Shown here piece by piece: positions 19,301 to 30,022 of a stretch of DNA of 64,000 bases (the first letter of the stretch is position 1; each line of letters begins with the position of its first letter). The notes below the pieces were generated by a model that was not told the origin of the DNA, ran no database searches, and saw nothing but the letters and a program-made list of their open reading frames with translations. The position numbers and the translations under genes were made by a program. The DNA lies in assembly GCA_044359065.1 (NCBI GenBank), contig JBIKMW010000001.1, positions 133,802 through 197,801 on the forward strand, given 5' to 3'. The stretch is from Planctomycetales bacterium (lineage in GTDB: Bacteria > Planctomycetota > Planctomycetia > Planctomycetales > Planctomycetaceae).

Positions 19301-19509
19301 GAATCACCGGGCCGTAAACGGGACGAGCATCTCGTCCTGCATCGTGCACCGTCACTATCCCCCTCGCAAGGGAGCACAGGGAAGTTCCAACCGTCGAGTC
19401 TTCACCTATGGCCACGGGGCGCGGCGAATGTCTCGCCGCGCCCCGTGGGGATGGTGCGTATGGTCGAAGGCACGGATCCTGCGGGGGGAGCCCGCAGCCC
19501 GTTAACCCA

Positions 19510-21036
19510 TTAGTTGCCGCGGAACAGCTTCGAGGTCTGACCCGTCGACGACTTCGACTTGATCTTCGTGTCACCGGAATACACGTCGGCCGTCTTCCCG
19601 GCGGATTGGCGGTTCGTTCCCAAACCTTCGCGGCTGGTGTCGGCGCTGGAGCTGCGCGATCCGGCCTTGAGGTTGTACGGCACGTTGTCCCCCGGACGGT
19701 AAACCCGTTGCTGCGGCTTGTAGCCCACATACGTCAGGAAGTCGCTTTGGGAGACGACACGCACACCATGCTCGCGGGCTTCGTTGAGCATTTTGGTCAA
19801 CTCTTCGTTGAGCCGCTCGATCTTCTTCTGATCGTCGACATCCACCGCGTCCGCCAGATCGGGAATCTTGCCGCGCACGAAGAACTTGATTTGCTCGTTG
19901 ATCTCGCCACCGGTCCGGTTTCCGTCCTGATCGACTTCCACGGCGATCTTCGCGCCCACGGTCTCGACCATTTCATGCAAGCGTTCGCGGTCCGGCGTGC
20001 CGTCGTTGTCGAGATCGAACATGCCAATCACGGCGAACAATTCGGGCCGACCGGGACTCCAGAGCGGCGTGTAAATCTGGTCCCCGGGAGCCATCGGGTT
20101 GTACAGATCGGACCCGAGAATCGTCGCTTGCGCCATATGCGGGCCAAGCCACTTGGTGACTTCGATCGACCCCTTCACGTCCTGCTTGCCACGGGCCACG
20201 CCGGCGTTCGATTGGTCGTACACGCTGAATGTCGTGCGGATCGGGAGACGGTCCGCCTCGCCGAGGTTGATGTAGACCGTCTTCGTGCCGTTGTCGACCC
20301 ACCGGATGAATCCGTCCGGCACCTCAAAGCTGGTCTTTTCCAGATCGGCGATACGGTCGTTCAATTTGGTGTTGATCGAAACAAGATTCTTGATGCGGTT
20401 CTCGGCGTCCTTCTTCGCCTTTTCGGCCGTTTCCTTGTACACGTCAAACTCGGCCTGCGAGTCGGTGTACGCCTTTTTCAAATCCTCGATGTCCTTGTCC
20501 TTGGCGGCCAAGGCTTCGGACTTCGTCGTGTTCGCTTCGGTCAGGTCGGTTTCAGCCTGCGTTTGGGCGGTGGACCGCTCCTGCACGACCGCTTTGTACT
20601 TGTCCTCAAGGCCCGTGTACTCCTTCTGGAGTTGATCGAGCTTGGTTTCGAGGTCTTTTCGCTCGGACTCCTTGTTGCGGACCTCGCCGATCAGTTTCGT
20701 CACGGCTGCGGTGTAGGTCTTCTCCGCCACGTCCGGAGCTGCGCCATTGATCTCGGTGGTGGCCGCGTTGACCACTGTGTTCGGCTTGTTCGGGTCCGCC
20801 CCGCCGACTTCGTCGTAGGTGTGACCAACCAGTTTCTTCAGCGCGTCGATCTGCTCAAGCGCCGATTGAGCGGTCTTGGTCGCCGCCGCGGCATCCGCCT
20901 TGGCCTTGTCGAACTCAGCGATGCGCTCGCCGTATTCCTTGCTCGTGAGGTAGAACATGATCCCCAGGAACAGTGCCAGCACGAGCGAAAAAATGAACGC
21001 GTAGTGCGGCCAACCAGGCTTGTTTGCGGCAGCCAT
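19510..21036 (-). CDS. Membrane-anchored coiled-coil protein with a globular C-terminal domain
   Basis: ATG at 21036. One TM segment, YAFIFSLVLALFLGIMFYL. About 200 aa of K/E/A/T-rich coiled coil, then a mixed alpha/beta region and an S/T/K-rich tail. It lies upstream of DUF58 on the same strand. Confidence 0.65.
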   Translation of the reverse strand: MAAANKPGWPHYAFIFSLVLALFLGIMFYLTSKEYGERIAEFDKAKADAAAATKTAQSALEQIDALKKLVGHTYDEVGGADPNKPNTVVNAATTEINGAAPDVAEKTYTAAVTKLIGEVRNKESERKDLETKLDQLQKEYTGLEDKYKAVVQERSTAQTQAETDLTEANTTKSEALAAKDKDIEDLKKAYTDSQAEFDVYKETAEKAKKDAENRIKNLVSINTKLNDRIADLEKTSFEVPDGFIRWVDNGTKTVYINLGEADRLPIRTTFSVYDQSNAGVARGKQDVKGSIEVTKWLGPHMAQATILGSDLYNPMAPGDQIYTPLWSPGRPELFAVIGMFDLDNDGTPDRERLHEMVETVGAKIAVEVDQDGNRTGGEINEQIKFFVRGKIPDLADAVDVDDQKKIERLNEELTKMLNEAREHGVRVVSQSDFLTYVGYKPQQRVYRPGDNVPYNLKAGSRSSSADTSREGLGTNRQSAGKTADVYSGDTKIKSKSSTGQTSKLFRGN

Positions 21037-21652
21037 GGAACCTACTCCCGGAAACTGGGGCGGGATTCAAGACCGTTCGCCGCGCGGTCGTTGCGAACGA
21101 CCGATGCGAACCGTCGAAACACGTCAGCGAATGGTACCGCGGGAGGCTCCTCCCGCCTTTCGACCCGTTGGCCCGCAACCTCCCCGAGAGAAGGCCACAC
21201 ACCTGGAATTCTTCGCGAAATCGGACGCTTCGGGTCGCGGAACGGACTCAACCGTTCCTCTCTCTGAAGTGTTCCGACAACATACGCGAGCACTTCCCGC
21301 CGTCCCTGACCGGGGCGGATTCGCGTCGAACTCCCGAAAATTGGGTGGTTCTGCGACACGAAAAACCGCGTAACCCTCGATTCTACAAGGGGGCCAAGCC
21401 CAGTCAAGAACCTTCCGCGCGGGCTGGCGAACGTTGACCGGTTGTAGGACGGGTGATGCCATTCACAGCGCGGGTGACGGGCTAAGCAACCCGATTCAAG
21501 TTTCTCGACTCCCGACGTACCGCGATCAAGCCCGCGTGTCGAAATCGCGCTGATGGCCCGCGCGAGTGTCTTCCCGTCGCGAGGCGGGCATGGGATGCTG
21601 GGGGTGTGCCGGTTCCGTGGGGTGAACCGGTCCCCTTCCATTTTGTTTCGGG

Positions 21653-22489
21653 ATGCGGGTCATGCGGACGTACGGGATCATGCTGATCGGCGCGGCTGTT
21701 TGGTTTGGCGCCGTGATTTCGGTGGCAACGTCCGTTGCGGCGGATGAACCTGCCGCAACGGGGAAGGTGGCTCCAACCAAAACCAAGCCGGCTCAACCCC
21801 AATACGAGTTCCGCGTCCGGCACGATCCGAACGGCATCGGCAAGTTCTATATGGGGCGGGAAATCGCCCACGTGATGGGCTTCGCCGCCGCGGCCTGGTT
21901 GGAGCGCGAAGAACGGGAGGACGAGGAGCGCTTGTCCTTGCTCATCGAGGCGCTCGAACTTCAGCAAGGCTGGGTGGTGGCCGACGTCGGGGCGGGAAGC
22001 GGCCGGATCAGCCTGATGATCGCCGAGAAAGTCGGCAAGGAAGGGAAGGTATTGGCGGTCGATGTCCAGCAGAAGATGCTGGACCTGATCACCAAACGGG
22101 TGCGCGAACTCGAAATCGACAACGTCGACACAATCCTCGGCACCGCCCAATCCCCCAAGCTCCCACCCGAGTCCGTCGACCTGATCGTCATGGTCGACGT
22201 GTATCACGAATTCGAATTCCCCTACGAAATGCTGGCCGAACTGTCCCGTGCGTTGAAACCGGGGGGCCGCATCGCGTTCGTCGAATACCGGCTTGAGGAC
22301 GAGAACGTTCCGATCAAGCTGGTCCACAAGATGTCGCGGGAGCAGGTCCAGAAGGAGGCCTCTCCGCCGGAATTCGGCTTGGCCCATCTGCGGACCGACG
22401 GCCGCCTGCCGAGACAACACGTGATCATTTTCGAGAAGAAGCCTGCGGTGATTCCCCCGCCCGACCAAGCTCCCCCGTCCACGAAATGA
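21653..22489 (+). CDS. Class I SAM-dependent methyltransferase with an N-terminal signal or anchor
   Basis: Leader IMLIGAAVWFGAVISVATSVAA. Motif I VADVGAGSGRISLMIAEKV. Also VLAVDVQ and LKPGGRIAFVEY. Confidence 0.8.
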   Translation: MRVMRTYGIMLIGAAVWFGAVISVATSVAADEPAATGKVAPTKTKPAQPQYEFRVRHDPNGIGKFYMGREIAHVMGFAAAAWLEREEREDEERLSLLIEALELQQGWVVADVGAGSGRISLMIAEKVGKEGKVLAVDVQQKMLDLITKRVRELEIDNVDTILGTAQSPKLPPESVDLIVMVDVYHEFEFPYEMLAELSRALKPGGRIAFVEYRLEDENVPIKLVHKMSREQVQKEASPPEFGLAHLRTDGRLPRQHVIIFEKKPAVIPPPDQAPPSTK

Positions 22490-22651
22490 CCGACGCGGCT
22501 GCGGGACAAATCCCTCCGGCCATTCGCCCATCGCTCGTCCGGGACCGCAGCAAAGGATTGTTCCATCTTGGAGGACGGCCAACATCCCGCGCAGCACGAT
22601 CCCGCGCAAATCGAGCTTTCGGGGACCAGGTGGACATCGCCAACGGGCGAC

Positions 22652-23377
22652 ATGAACACGTTCGACCCGGCACCCCGCCCATCAACCGAAACGGAGTGGA
22701 ACGACGCCGGCGGTTCGCTCGACCTGCTTTGGCTGGCGATCGCGTTTGAAGGGGTGTTGGCTGCGGCGGCGTTCGCGTGCGGCTGGTGGACCGGAGTTTC
22801 GCCGCTCTCGCGGTTCGCGTGGACAGTGCCAGGTTTGTTGGCCGGCGCAGGCTGCGCATTGCCGATGTACGTGCTGTTTTTGGCGAGCTACAGCGCATCT
22901 CCCGCTCCGTTGCGACAGATCCGGCGGTTCTTGCGCGTCTCGCTCGGACGGAATCTGGCCGATGCACCGTGGCCGGTCCCGGCTGGCATCGCCCTCCTGG
23001 CAGGCGTTGGCGAGGAACTGCTATTTCGCGGCGCGCTTGAGCCGCTTGTCGGTCCGTGGTGGTCCAACGGTCTGTTTGGCCTCGCGCACGCGGTCACGCC
23101 CCTTTATGCCGTGCTCGCAGGAGCGATGGGTCTGCTTTTCAGCATGGAACTCCAAGCGACGGGCAACCTGCTCGCGCCGATTCTGACGCACGCCCTGTAC
23201 GACTGGTTGGCCTTCCGCGCGCTGATCGCGGATATCCGCCGATTTCCCGTGACGGACGACGAACTGCGTCTCGACCCGTCATCGGACGGGCCGTCACTGA
23301 ACGACTCGTCAACGAACGACTCGTCAACGAACGACTCGTCAACGAACGACGGCCAAGACCACGCACTCCCATCGTAG
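22652..23377 (+). CDS. CPBP-family intramembrane protease (CAAX protease-like)
   Basis: GVGEELLFRGAL, LFGLAHA and THALYDWLAF motifs within hydrophobic segments. The C-terminal tail is (NDSST) repeats. Confidence 0.8.
   Translation: MNTFDPAPRPSTETEWNDAGGSLDLLWLAIAFEGVLAAAAFACGWWTGVSPLSRFAWTVPGLLAGAGCALPMYVLFLASYSASPAPLRQIRRFLRVSLGRNLADAPWPVPAGIALLAGVGEELLFRGALEPLVGPWWSNGLFGLAHAVTPLYAVLAGAMGLLFSMELQATGNLLAPILTHALYDWLAFRALIADIRRFPVTDDELRLDPSSDGPSLNDSSTNDSSTNDSSTNDGQDHALPS
23299..23350 (+). repeat. 15-bp tandem repeat, about 3.5 units, inside the 3' end of the CPBP gene
   Basis: gaacgactcgtcaac occurs 3 times perfectly, plus a partial unit. It encodes the NDSSTNDSSTNDSSTND tail. Confidence 0.9.
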
Positions 23378-23410
23378 CCACTCCATACCACTGCGAACCC
23401 GCCAAACCCA

Positions 23411-24082
23411 TCAGTTCGCAGTCGGTTCCACCAGCACATTCCCCGCGGCCTCGTGTCCCAGCGTGACCGACGCCCCTTCGATGCGAACGGTCACGACCCC
23501 CGCTTCCGGCGAATGCTGCTCGACCGCCAGCCGCGCGCCGGGCCTCAGACCTTTGTCGGCCAAAAAACGAAGAAAGTCTGGCGTTTGATTGAGCACCCTC
23601 GACACCCGCACCTCCGCCGGCGGGGAGCAGTCCACCAGCGACACGGCCGTCCCCCGTTCGCCGCGCATGTCTCCGTTCGCCGACGGAATCGGGTCGCCGT
23701 GGGGATCCGTCTCAGGGTGGCCGAGAAACTCGTCGATGCGGTCGATCAGGGCATCGCTGACGGCGTGCTCCATGTTTTCCGCCTCGGCGTGGACCTGATC
23801 CCATTTCAGATCCAACGTCCTCACCAAAAACAATTCGAGCAACCGGTGCCTCCGAATCATTCTCAGCGCCAGCGTCCGCCCTTCCTTCGTCAAGCATACG
23901 CCCGAATACGGCTTGTACTTCGCCAACCCGCTCTCGGAGAGGGTCTTGAGCATGTTGGTGACCGTCCCCGGGACAACTTCGAGCGCGGTCGCAAGGCGCC
24001 CCGGGGAGACCCACTCCGTCCCCTCTTCAATCGCCAGTTGCAGGATCGATTTGAGGTAGTTTTCGACGGTCAGGCTGGGCAT
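23411..24082 (-). CDS. DtxR/MntR-family metal-dependent transcriptional repressor with a FeoA-like C-terminal domain
   Basis: LTVENYLKSILQL, PGTVTNMLKTL, RRHRLLELFL, HAEAENMEHAVSD and DPHGDPIP. The track start at 24127 is TTG; the first ATG is at 24082. Confidence 0.85.
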   Translation of the reverse strand: MPSLTVENYLKSILQLAIEEGTEWVSPGRLATALEVVPGTVTNMLKTLSESGLAKYKPYSGVCLTKEGRTLALRMIRRHRLLELFLVRTLDLKWDQVHAEAENMEHAVSDALIDRIDEFLGHPETDPHGDPIPSANGDMRGERGTAVSLVDCSPPAEVRVSRVLNQTPDFLRFLADKGLRPGARLAVEQHSPEAGVVTVRIEGASVTLGHEAAGNVLVEPTAN

Positions 24083-24148
24083 GGCTCGTCTCGCCGGGAG
24101 GTCGGCTTCGCCCAAAGACGTTGCCAAAAGCGAAATTTCGATGGGTCA

Positions 24149-24160
24149 AAATTGCAATTT
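24149..24160. promoter_or_regulatory. Candidate operator: perfect AT-rich 12-bp palindrome in the divergent repressor/importer spacer
   Basis: aaattgcaattt is its own reverse complement. It sits in an otherwise GC-rich region, 67 nt upstream of the repressor ATG. Confidence 0.35.
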
Positions 24161-24279
24161 GGACGACAATCGGTCAGGGTGTCGCCGATGAATCACGGCC
24201 CCTGTCCGCGATGATACGGATCGCGACCCCGAAGTTCGAGGAGCGGGATACCCGCGCCCGCCTGCGAAACATGCGGCGG

Positions 24280-24293
24280 CTTAACCGGTTAAG
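24280..24293. promoter_or_regulatory. Candidate operator: perfect 14-bp palindrome just upstream of the binding-protein start codon
   Basis: cttaaccggttaag is its own reverse complement and ends 5 nt before the ATG at 24299. Confidence 0.35.
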
Positions 24294-24298
24294 ACGCG

Positions 24299-25312
24299 AT
24301 GAAGATTTTCGAGAGGACGCACGTGGGTCGCAGGATCACGGTGGGGATGCCAACGACGGTGTCGCAGGTCTCGGCCGCTCTCCGATTCGCGAGCATCGCA
24401 CGGCTGCTGTGCGCGGCCTTGCTGATCCTGGCCGGGTGCGACCGGTCACCCGCCCCCTCCTCGGGGGGGGCCGCCAGCGGAACACAACCTCTCAAAGTGT
24501 TGGCCACCACCAGCATGATCGCCGACGCGGTCCGCTCCATCGGCGGCCCGCGGGTCGAGGTCGACACGCTCATGGGGCCGGGGGTGGACCCGCACCTTTA
24601 TCAACCGACGGCGCGGGACCCGTTGCGACTCCGCGGCGCCGACCTGGTCCTGCATCACGGCCTGTTTCTTGAGGGTCGCCTGGGCGAGGCACTCGTCGCC
24701 GCCGGCGGCAAAACACGCGTCGTGGCGGTCTCGAAGGACATCGCCCCGGACCGCCTGCTCAAGCACGGTGCGGGAGAGCACGCGGTCGATCCGCACGTTT
24801 GGCTGGATGCCATGTTGTGGAGAGACTGCGTACGCGTCGTCGGTCAAGCCCTTGCCGAGGCCGATCCGGCCCATGCGGCAGCCCATCGGACAGCCACCGA
24901 TGCGGTCCTCGAATCGATGGCGAAACTCGACGCCGAATGTCGCGCCACGTTGGCGAAGATTCCCAAAGAGAGGCGCGTGCTTGTGACAAGCCACGACGCC
25001 TTCGGCTACTTTGGTCGGGCGTACGATGTCGAAGTGGTCGGCATCCAGGGACTGAGCACCGAAACCGAAGCCGGTCTGAAACGGATCACCGACACCGTCG
25101 ACTTGATCCGTGAGCGCGGCATCCGGGGAGTGTTCCCGGAAACCAGCGTGCCCAAGGCCGCGATCGAACGGGTCTCGCGCGACAGTGGCGCCAAGCTCGG
25201 CGAAGAGTTGTATTCGGATTCGTTGGCCGCCCCCGACGAATCGGCCGGAACCTACGCGGGCATGATGCGCGAAAACGTGCGACGAATCGTCGCCGGTTTG
25301 GGAGGCGATTGA
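24299..25312 (+). CDS. Metal ABC transporter substrate-binding lipoprotein (ZnuA/MntC/TroA class)
   Basis: Lipobox LLILAGC. LKVLATTSMIADAVRSIGG, GPGVDPHLYQPT, DPHVWLD, HDAFGYF. Confidence 0.85.
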   Translation: MKIFERTHVGRRITVGMPTTVSQVSAALRFASIARLLCAALLILAGCDRSPAPSSGGAASGTQPLKVLATTSMIADAVRSIGGPRVEVDTLMGPGVDPHLYQPTARDPLRLRGADLVLHHGLFLEGRLGEALVAAGGKTRVVAVSKDIAPDRLLKHGAGEHAVDPHVWLDAMLWRDCVRVVGQALAEADPAHAAAHRTATDAVLESMAKLDAECRATLAKIPKERRVLVTSHDAFGYFGRAYDVEVVGIQGLSTETEAGLKRITDTVDLIRERGIRGVFPETSVPKAAIERVSRDSGAKLGEELYSDSLAAPDESAGTYAGMMRENVRRIVAGLGGD

Positions 25313-25384
25313 GGTGGCACTCGAAAGAGCCGCGATCGCGGATACACGGAGGGCGTCCGACCGGTCGCACGGAGGCCGACGCCC

Positions 25385-26215
25385 ATGATCTCCGACCCGT
25401 CCCCGGTGACGCCCGCCGGCGCAACGAGCGCCGAACCCGCGACAGCCTCTCCGCCCTTCCCCCCTGCCGTCGAGGTCCACGACCTCACCGTCAGCTACGA
25501 CAAGCGGCCCGTGCTGTGGAACGTCGATCTCGCGCTCCCCGAGGGGGAGTTGATCGGCGTGATCGGTCCGAACGGAGCGGGCAAGAGCACGTTTCTCAAA
25601 GCACTCCTGGGGTTGATTCCCGCCGAAAGCGGTTGGGTCCGGTTTTTCGGCGAACCGCTGGCCGCGCGCCGCGGCGATGTGGGATACGTCCCGCAGAGGG
25701 AGTCCGTCGATTGGGACTTTCCCGTCACGGTTCGCGACGTGGTGCTGATGGGGACCTATGGCCGCCTCGGGTGGTTCCGCCGCCCCGGCCGCGCGGAACG
25801 CGACCTGTGCGACCGGTGCATCGAACAGGTTGGCTTGACCCAATTCCGCGAACGCCGCATCTCGGACCTGTCCGGTGGTCAGCGACAGCGCGTGTTCCTG
25901 GCCCGCGCCCTCGCCCAGGAAAGCCGCGTCTATCTGATGGATGAACCGTTCGTCGGCGTCGACGCCGCCACCGAGGGGGCGATCCTCGATTTGTTGCGCG
26001 GCATGCGCGACGCCGGTCGAACGGTGGTCGTCGTCCACCACGACCTGCACACCGCTCCCGATTACTTCGACCGTGTCGTCATGCTCAACATGCGGCTGGT
26101 CGCCTGCGGACCGACGCGGGAAGTGCTGACTCCGGAACTGCTCCGCAAGACCTACGGTGGCCGACTGACAATCCTCTCCGACGCGGCGGAAGCGGTGCGT
26201 GGCGTCCATAAGTGA
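25385..26215 (+). CDS. Metal ABC transporter ATP-binding protein
   Basis: Walker [10 protein letters not shown], signature [15 protein letters not shown], Walker [14 protein letters not shown]-loop VVVHHDL. Confidence 0.9.
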   Translation: MISDPSPVTPAGATSAEPATASPPFPPAVEVHDLTVSYDKRPVLWNVDLALPEGELIGVIGPNGAGKSTFLKALLGLIPAESGWVRFFGEPLAARRGDVGYVPQRESVDWDFPVTVRDVVLMGTYGRLGWFRRPGRAERDLCDRCIEQVGLTQFRERRISDLSGGQRQRVFLARALAQESRVYLMDEPFVGVDAATEGAILDLLRGMRDAGRTVVVVHHDLHTAPDYFDRVVMLNMRLVACGPTREVLTPELLRKTYGGRLTILSDAAEAVRGVHK

Positions 26216-26523
26216 CCGTGGCGGAATGGGCCGTCACGATTCCGGGAAAATTCCTGCGACGGCAGTCGTCCGGGACGGAGTTTCCGACGTTGATGCGCAC
26301 GCGCGTCGGTCCTCGAAAGTGTCGGACCTGCGCGATTCGGAATGCCGCGACGATTTTTCCCGGACGGTTTGGCGATTTGTGGGGGATTTCCCCCCGTTTT
26401 GGTCGACTTCCGGTGGACGTGCGGCGTAGAAATCGGGTGGGAACATTTCCTCGACGACCGGAACGGCGCTGGCCGGTCGTCGCACGCCACGCGCCGGAGC
26501 ACCTCGACCGCGGAGACACCGTC

Positions 26524-26895
26524 ATGAACGAGCACGTCCCCCCCTTCGATTCCACGGGGGAATCCACCCCCGGTGCCACGGACGCCAGCGCCACGGTGGC
26601 CGCGAACCCGGTTGCCGTCAACTCGTCCGCCACAGCGGCGGTCGATGCGGGCCTCGTCATTCGCGAGGTCATGAACCGTCTTGGTACGCCCAATTCCCTG
26701 TACCGGGTCACCGCGACGGAAGTCTACGACAAGCACTTCCGCGTCAACGTCTACTGCCAGCGCCCCACCGACGACGCCTTCCGCCCCGTCGTGATGACCG
26801 ACAGCTTCTTCGTTGCGTTCGGGGAAGACGGCATCAGCAGCCAGCCCCCCATCCAACATCGCTATGGCCCCGTGGCCGCGACGACTGCGGTGTAG
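26524..26895 (+). CDS. Small hypothetical protein
   Basis: ATG at 26524. The C-terminal 75 aa have a protein-like composition (LYRVTATEVYDKHFRVNVYCQRP...FFVAFGEDG). No family was recognised. Confidence 0.45.
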   Translation: MNEHVPPFDSTGESTPGATDASATVAANPVAVNSSATAAVDAGLVIREVMNRLGTPNSLYRVTATEVYDKHFRVNVYCQRPTDDAFRPVVMTDSFFVAFGEDGISSQPPIQHRYGPVAATTAV

Positions 26896-26945
26896 CGAAC
26901 GGCGCGGGCTGGAACGCTGGCAAGTGACGAACCGGGCGTCCCGCC

Positions 26946-27719
26946 TCAATCCCGTCGCGGATGCGCCGAGATGCGCGTGCCGATCCGCTCTCCGGCGGCG
27001 GCGCGTTCGATGTTTCCCGAACGGGTGTAATCGAACACGATGACCGGCAGATTCTGCTCCTTGCAGTGATGGATGGCCTGCGCGTCCATCACTTGCAGGT
27101 TGCGGGACAGCATCTCGTCGTAGCCGATCTCCGCGAATTTCGTGGCATGCGGATTCTTGACCGGATCGTCGGTGTACACGCCGTCGACCTTGGTCGCCTT
27201 TAAAAGCACGTCGGCGTCAAGCTCCCGCGAGCGCAGCGCGGCTGCGGTGTCGGTGGTGACGAACGGACTCCCCGTCCCCCCCGCCAGAATCACGACTCGC
27301 CCCTTCTCCAAATGTCGGATGCAACGTCGCCGGATAAAGGGTTCGGCCACGCTGTCGGTACGCAGCGCGCTTTGCACCCGCACGGGCACTCCCAGGCTCT
27401 CCAACACTTCCTGCAGCGCCAGGGCGTTGATCATCGTGGCCATCATCCCCATGTAGTGGGATGTCGCCGGTTTGACGATCTCCTTGTAGCCGACCAGATC
27501 GCGACCGCGCAGGATGTTGCCTCCCCCCACGACGATCGCCAATTCGATCTTCGACTCGGCGACGCGCCGCAATTGCTCGCCGATCAACTGGATCTGCGGC
27601 ACGCTCAGGCCCGTTTCGCCAGCACGGCAGAAACTTTGCCCGCTGATTTTCAGCAGGACCCTGCGGTAAGGCGCGGAAGGCGTCGTGGTGGCGGAAACGG
27701 TCGCGGCGCTGTCGGGCAT
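26946..27719 (-). CDS. pyrH: UMP kinase
   Basis: [56 protein letters not shown] at 27719. Confidence 0.9.
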   Translation of the reverse strand: MPDSAATVSATTTPSAPYRRVLLKISGQSFCRAGETGLSVPQIQLIGEQLRRVAESKIELAIVVGGGNILRGRDLVGYKEIVKPATSHYMGMMATMINALALQEVLESLGVPVRVQSALRTDSVAEPFIRRRCIRHLEKGRVVILAGGTGSPFVTTDTAAALRSRELDADVLLKATKVDGVYTDDPVKNPHATKFAEIGYDEMLSRNLQVMDAQAIHHCKEQNLPVIVFDYTRSGNIERAAAGERIGTRISAHPRRD

Positions 27720-27882
27720 GTCGTATCGCTCAAGAGCGGATCGGGAAACTTCGGGGGCGGAAAAACGGAACCCGGAACGACGGATCATCCGCCCGGTCCG
27801 GGTTCACGACAACCCTGTGCAAACAGCGGCGTGGCGTCCCCGGTCAAACCGACCCGGGCGTACCGACGACAACGGCCTGTCG

Positions 27883-27979
27883 GTGACTCTCCGAAAATGC
27901 TCGTCGGGACACCAACCATCGCACTTATTGCACACTCCCTCGACCGGAAGTTGGGAGCCTTCCAGTTTTTCGGAGAGCG
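27883..27979. repeat. 97-bp repeat bounded by terminal inverted repeats, copy 1 (between tsf and pyrH)
   Basis: It starts gtgactctccgaaaatgc..gtcgggacacca and ends ttttcggagagcg. The ends are inverted repeats (ctctccgaaaa / ttttcggagag). A same-length copy lies at 63088-63184. Confidence 0.75.
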
Positions 27980-27981
27980 TC

Positions 27982-28818
<837 letters not shown>

Positions 28819-29037
28819 GATTCCTCGTCCCTTCGCTTCGCTGGCCAAAAGAGTTTGATGATACCGCAGGTGTGGCGAATCCGCAGAAACGCACGCACCC
28901 CGCACCTTCGGTGCAACCGCACGCCAGCCACCCGGCATGCGCCCCTCGGCGGAGTGGACGCGGCGCGAACGCCCGGCGTTCGCGCCACTCGCCCAATATT
29001 TCGCCTCGCCACTCGACCACTGCCACGGTTCGCGGGA

Positions 29038-29769
29038 TCAGCGGTCCGCGGGGATCGCCTGGCCGTCGTCTTTCGGCGCGTCGGCGACCGTCGTCTTCCC
29101 TTCCTTCACGGCGTCCGCCAGGTGCTGCAGGATCAGGTCGATCGAACGGATGCTGTCGTCGTTGCCCGGAATCGGCAGGTCGATCGTGTCCGGGTCCGAG
29201 TCGGTGTCGATCAGGGCGACGATTTTCACGCCCAACAACCGCGCTTCCTTCACCGCGATCGTCTCGCGCTTCGGGTCGACCACGACCAGACACTCGGGCA
29301 GACGATTCATCGTCCGGATGCCGGAGAGGTTGGTGTGGATCTTCTCGAATTCGCGACCCAGGGTGGACTGCATCTTCTTCGAGTAGCCCGCCATCGCACC
29401 GGTCGCCTGGAGGTTTTCCAGTTCTTCCAACCGCTTCAGGCGGCTGCGAATCGTGCGGAAGTTCGTCAGCGTTCCTCCGAGCCAGCGTTCGCTGACGTAC
29501 GGCATGCCGCAGGCGTTGGCCGCGATCTCGACCCGTTCCGCAGCTTGACGCTTCGTCCCCACGAACAGCACGAGGCTCCCCTGGGACGCGACCCGGGCCA
29601 AATACTTCTTGGCGCGCAAGAGACCGCGCACGGTCTCCTTGAGGTCGATGATGTGAATCTGGTTGCGGCGTCCGTAGATGTACGGACGCATCTTCGGGTT
29701 CCACCGGCTGGCCCGGTGTCCGAAGTGCACACCCGCTTCGAGAATGTCTTTGAGAACGATTTCCGCCAT
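29038..29769 (-). CDS. rpsB: 30S ribosomal protein S2
   Basis: [64 protein letters not shown] at 29769. Confidence 0.95.
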   Translation of the reverse strand: MAEIVLKDILEAGVHFGHRASRWNPKMRPYIYGRRNQIHIIDLKETVRGLLRAKKYLARVASQGSLVLFVGTKRQAAERVEIAANACGMPYVSERWLGGTLTNFRTIRSRLKRLEELENLQATGAMAGYSKKMQSTLGREFEKIHTNLSGIRTMNRLPECLVVVDPKRETIAVKEARLLGVKIVALIDTDSDPDTIDLPIPGNDDSIRSIDLILQHLADAVKEGKTTVADAPKDDGQAIPADR

Positions 29770-30022
29770 GTTTCGCGTACTCCTAACCCCCATGAAGCTG
29801 AGGGCGCCGCAGCCAAAATGAAGAGGATGGGAATGGTGGGGCGACCACGCTGGCCACCCGTTCACCGAAAAGTCGAGCACGGCAGTCTATCGGCTCGGAC
29901 CGCCGGGGTCAAACACCTCTCCGCCCGCTTTTTTCTCGCCCCCGCGAAGCAATGCCCGGCCCGTTCGCCGCCGGGCTTGCCCAACGTGCCCCACCACCCC
30001 GAGATGGCTGTGCCAAAATCTC

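Noticed and set aside
23299-23350. CRISPR-like array (also considered for 7738-7779 and 58046-58079)
   Set aside because: The units are 14-17 bp, directly tandem with no spacers, number 2 to 3.5, and one set is inside a coding region. No cas genes are in the window.
24464-24471. G8 homopolymer inside the binding-protein gene as a phase-variation switch
   Set aside because: It is a single short run in a GC-rich genome, encoding Gly-Gly within the lipoprotein linker. There is no evidence of frame ambiguity in the sequence.
24446-26209. 587-aa minus-strand ORF across the metal-transporter genes
   Set aside because: It is antisense to two genes with unambiguous ABC-transporter motifs, is Arg/Gly/Asp-rich and has no recognisable domain.
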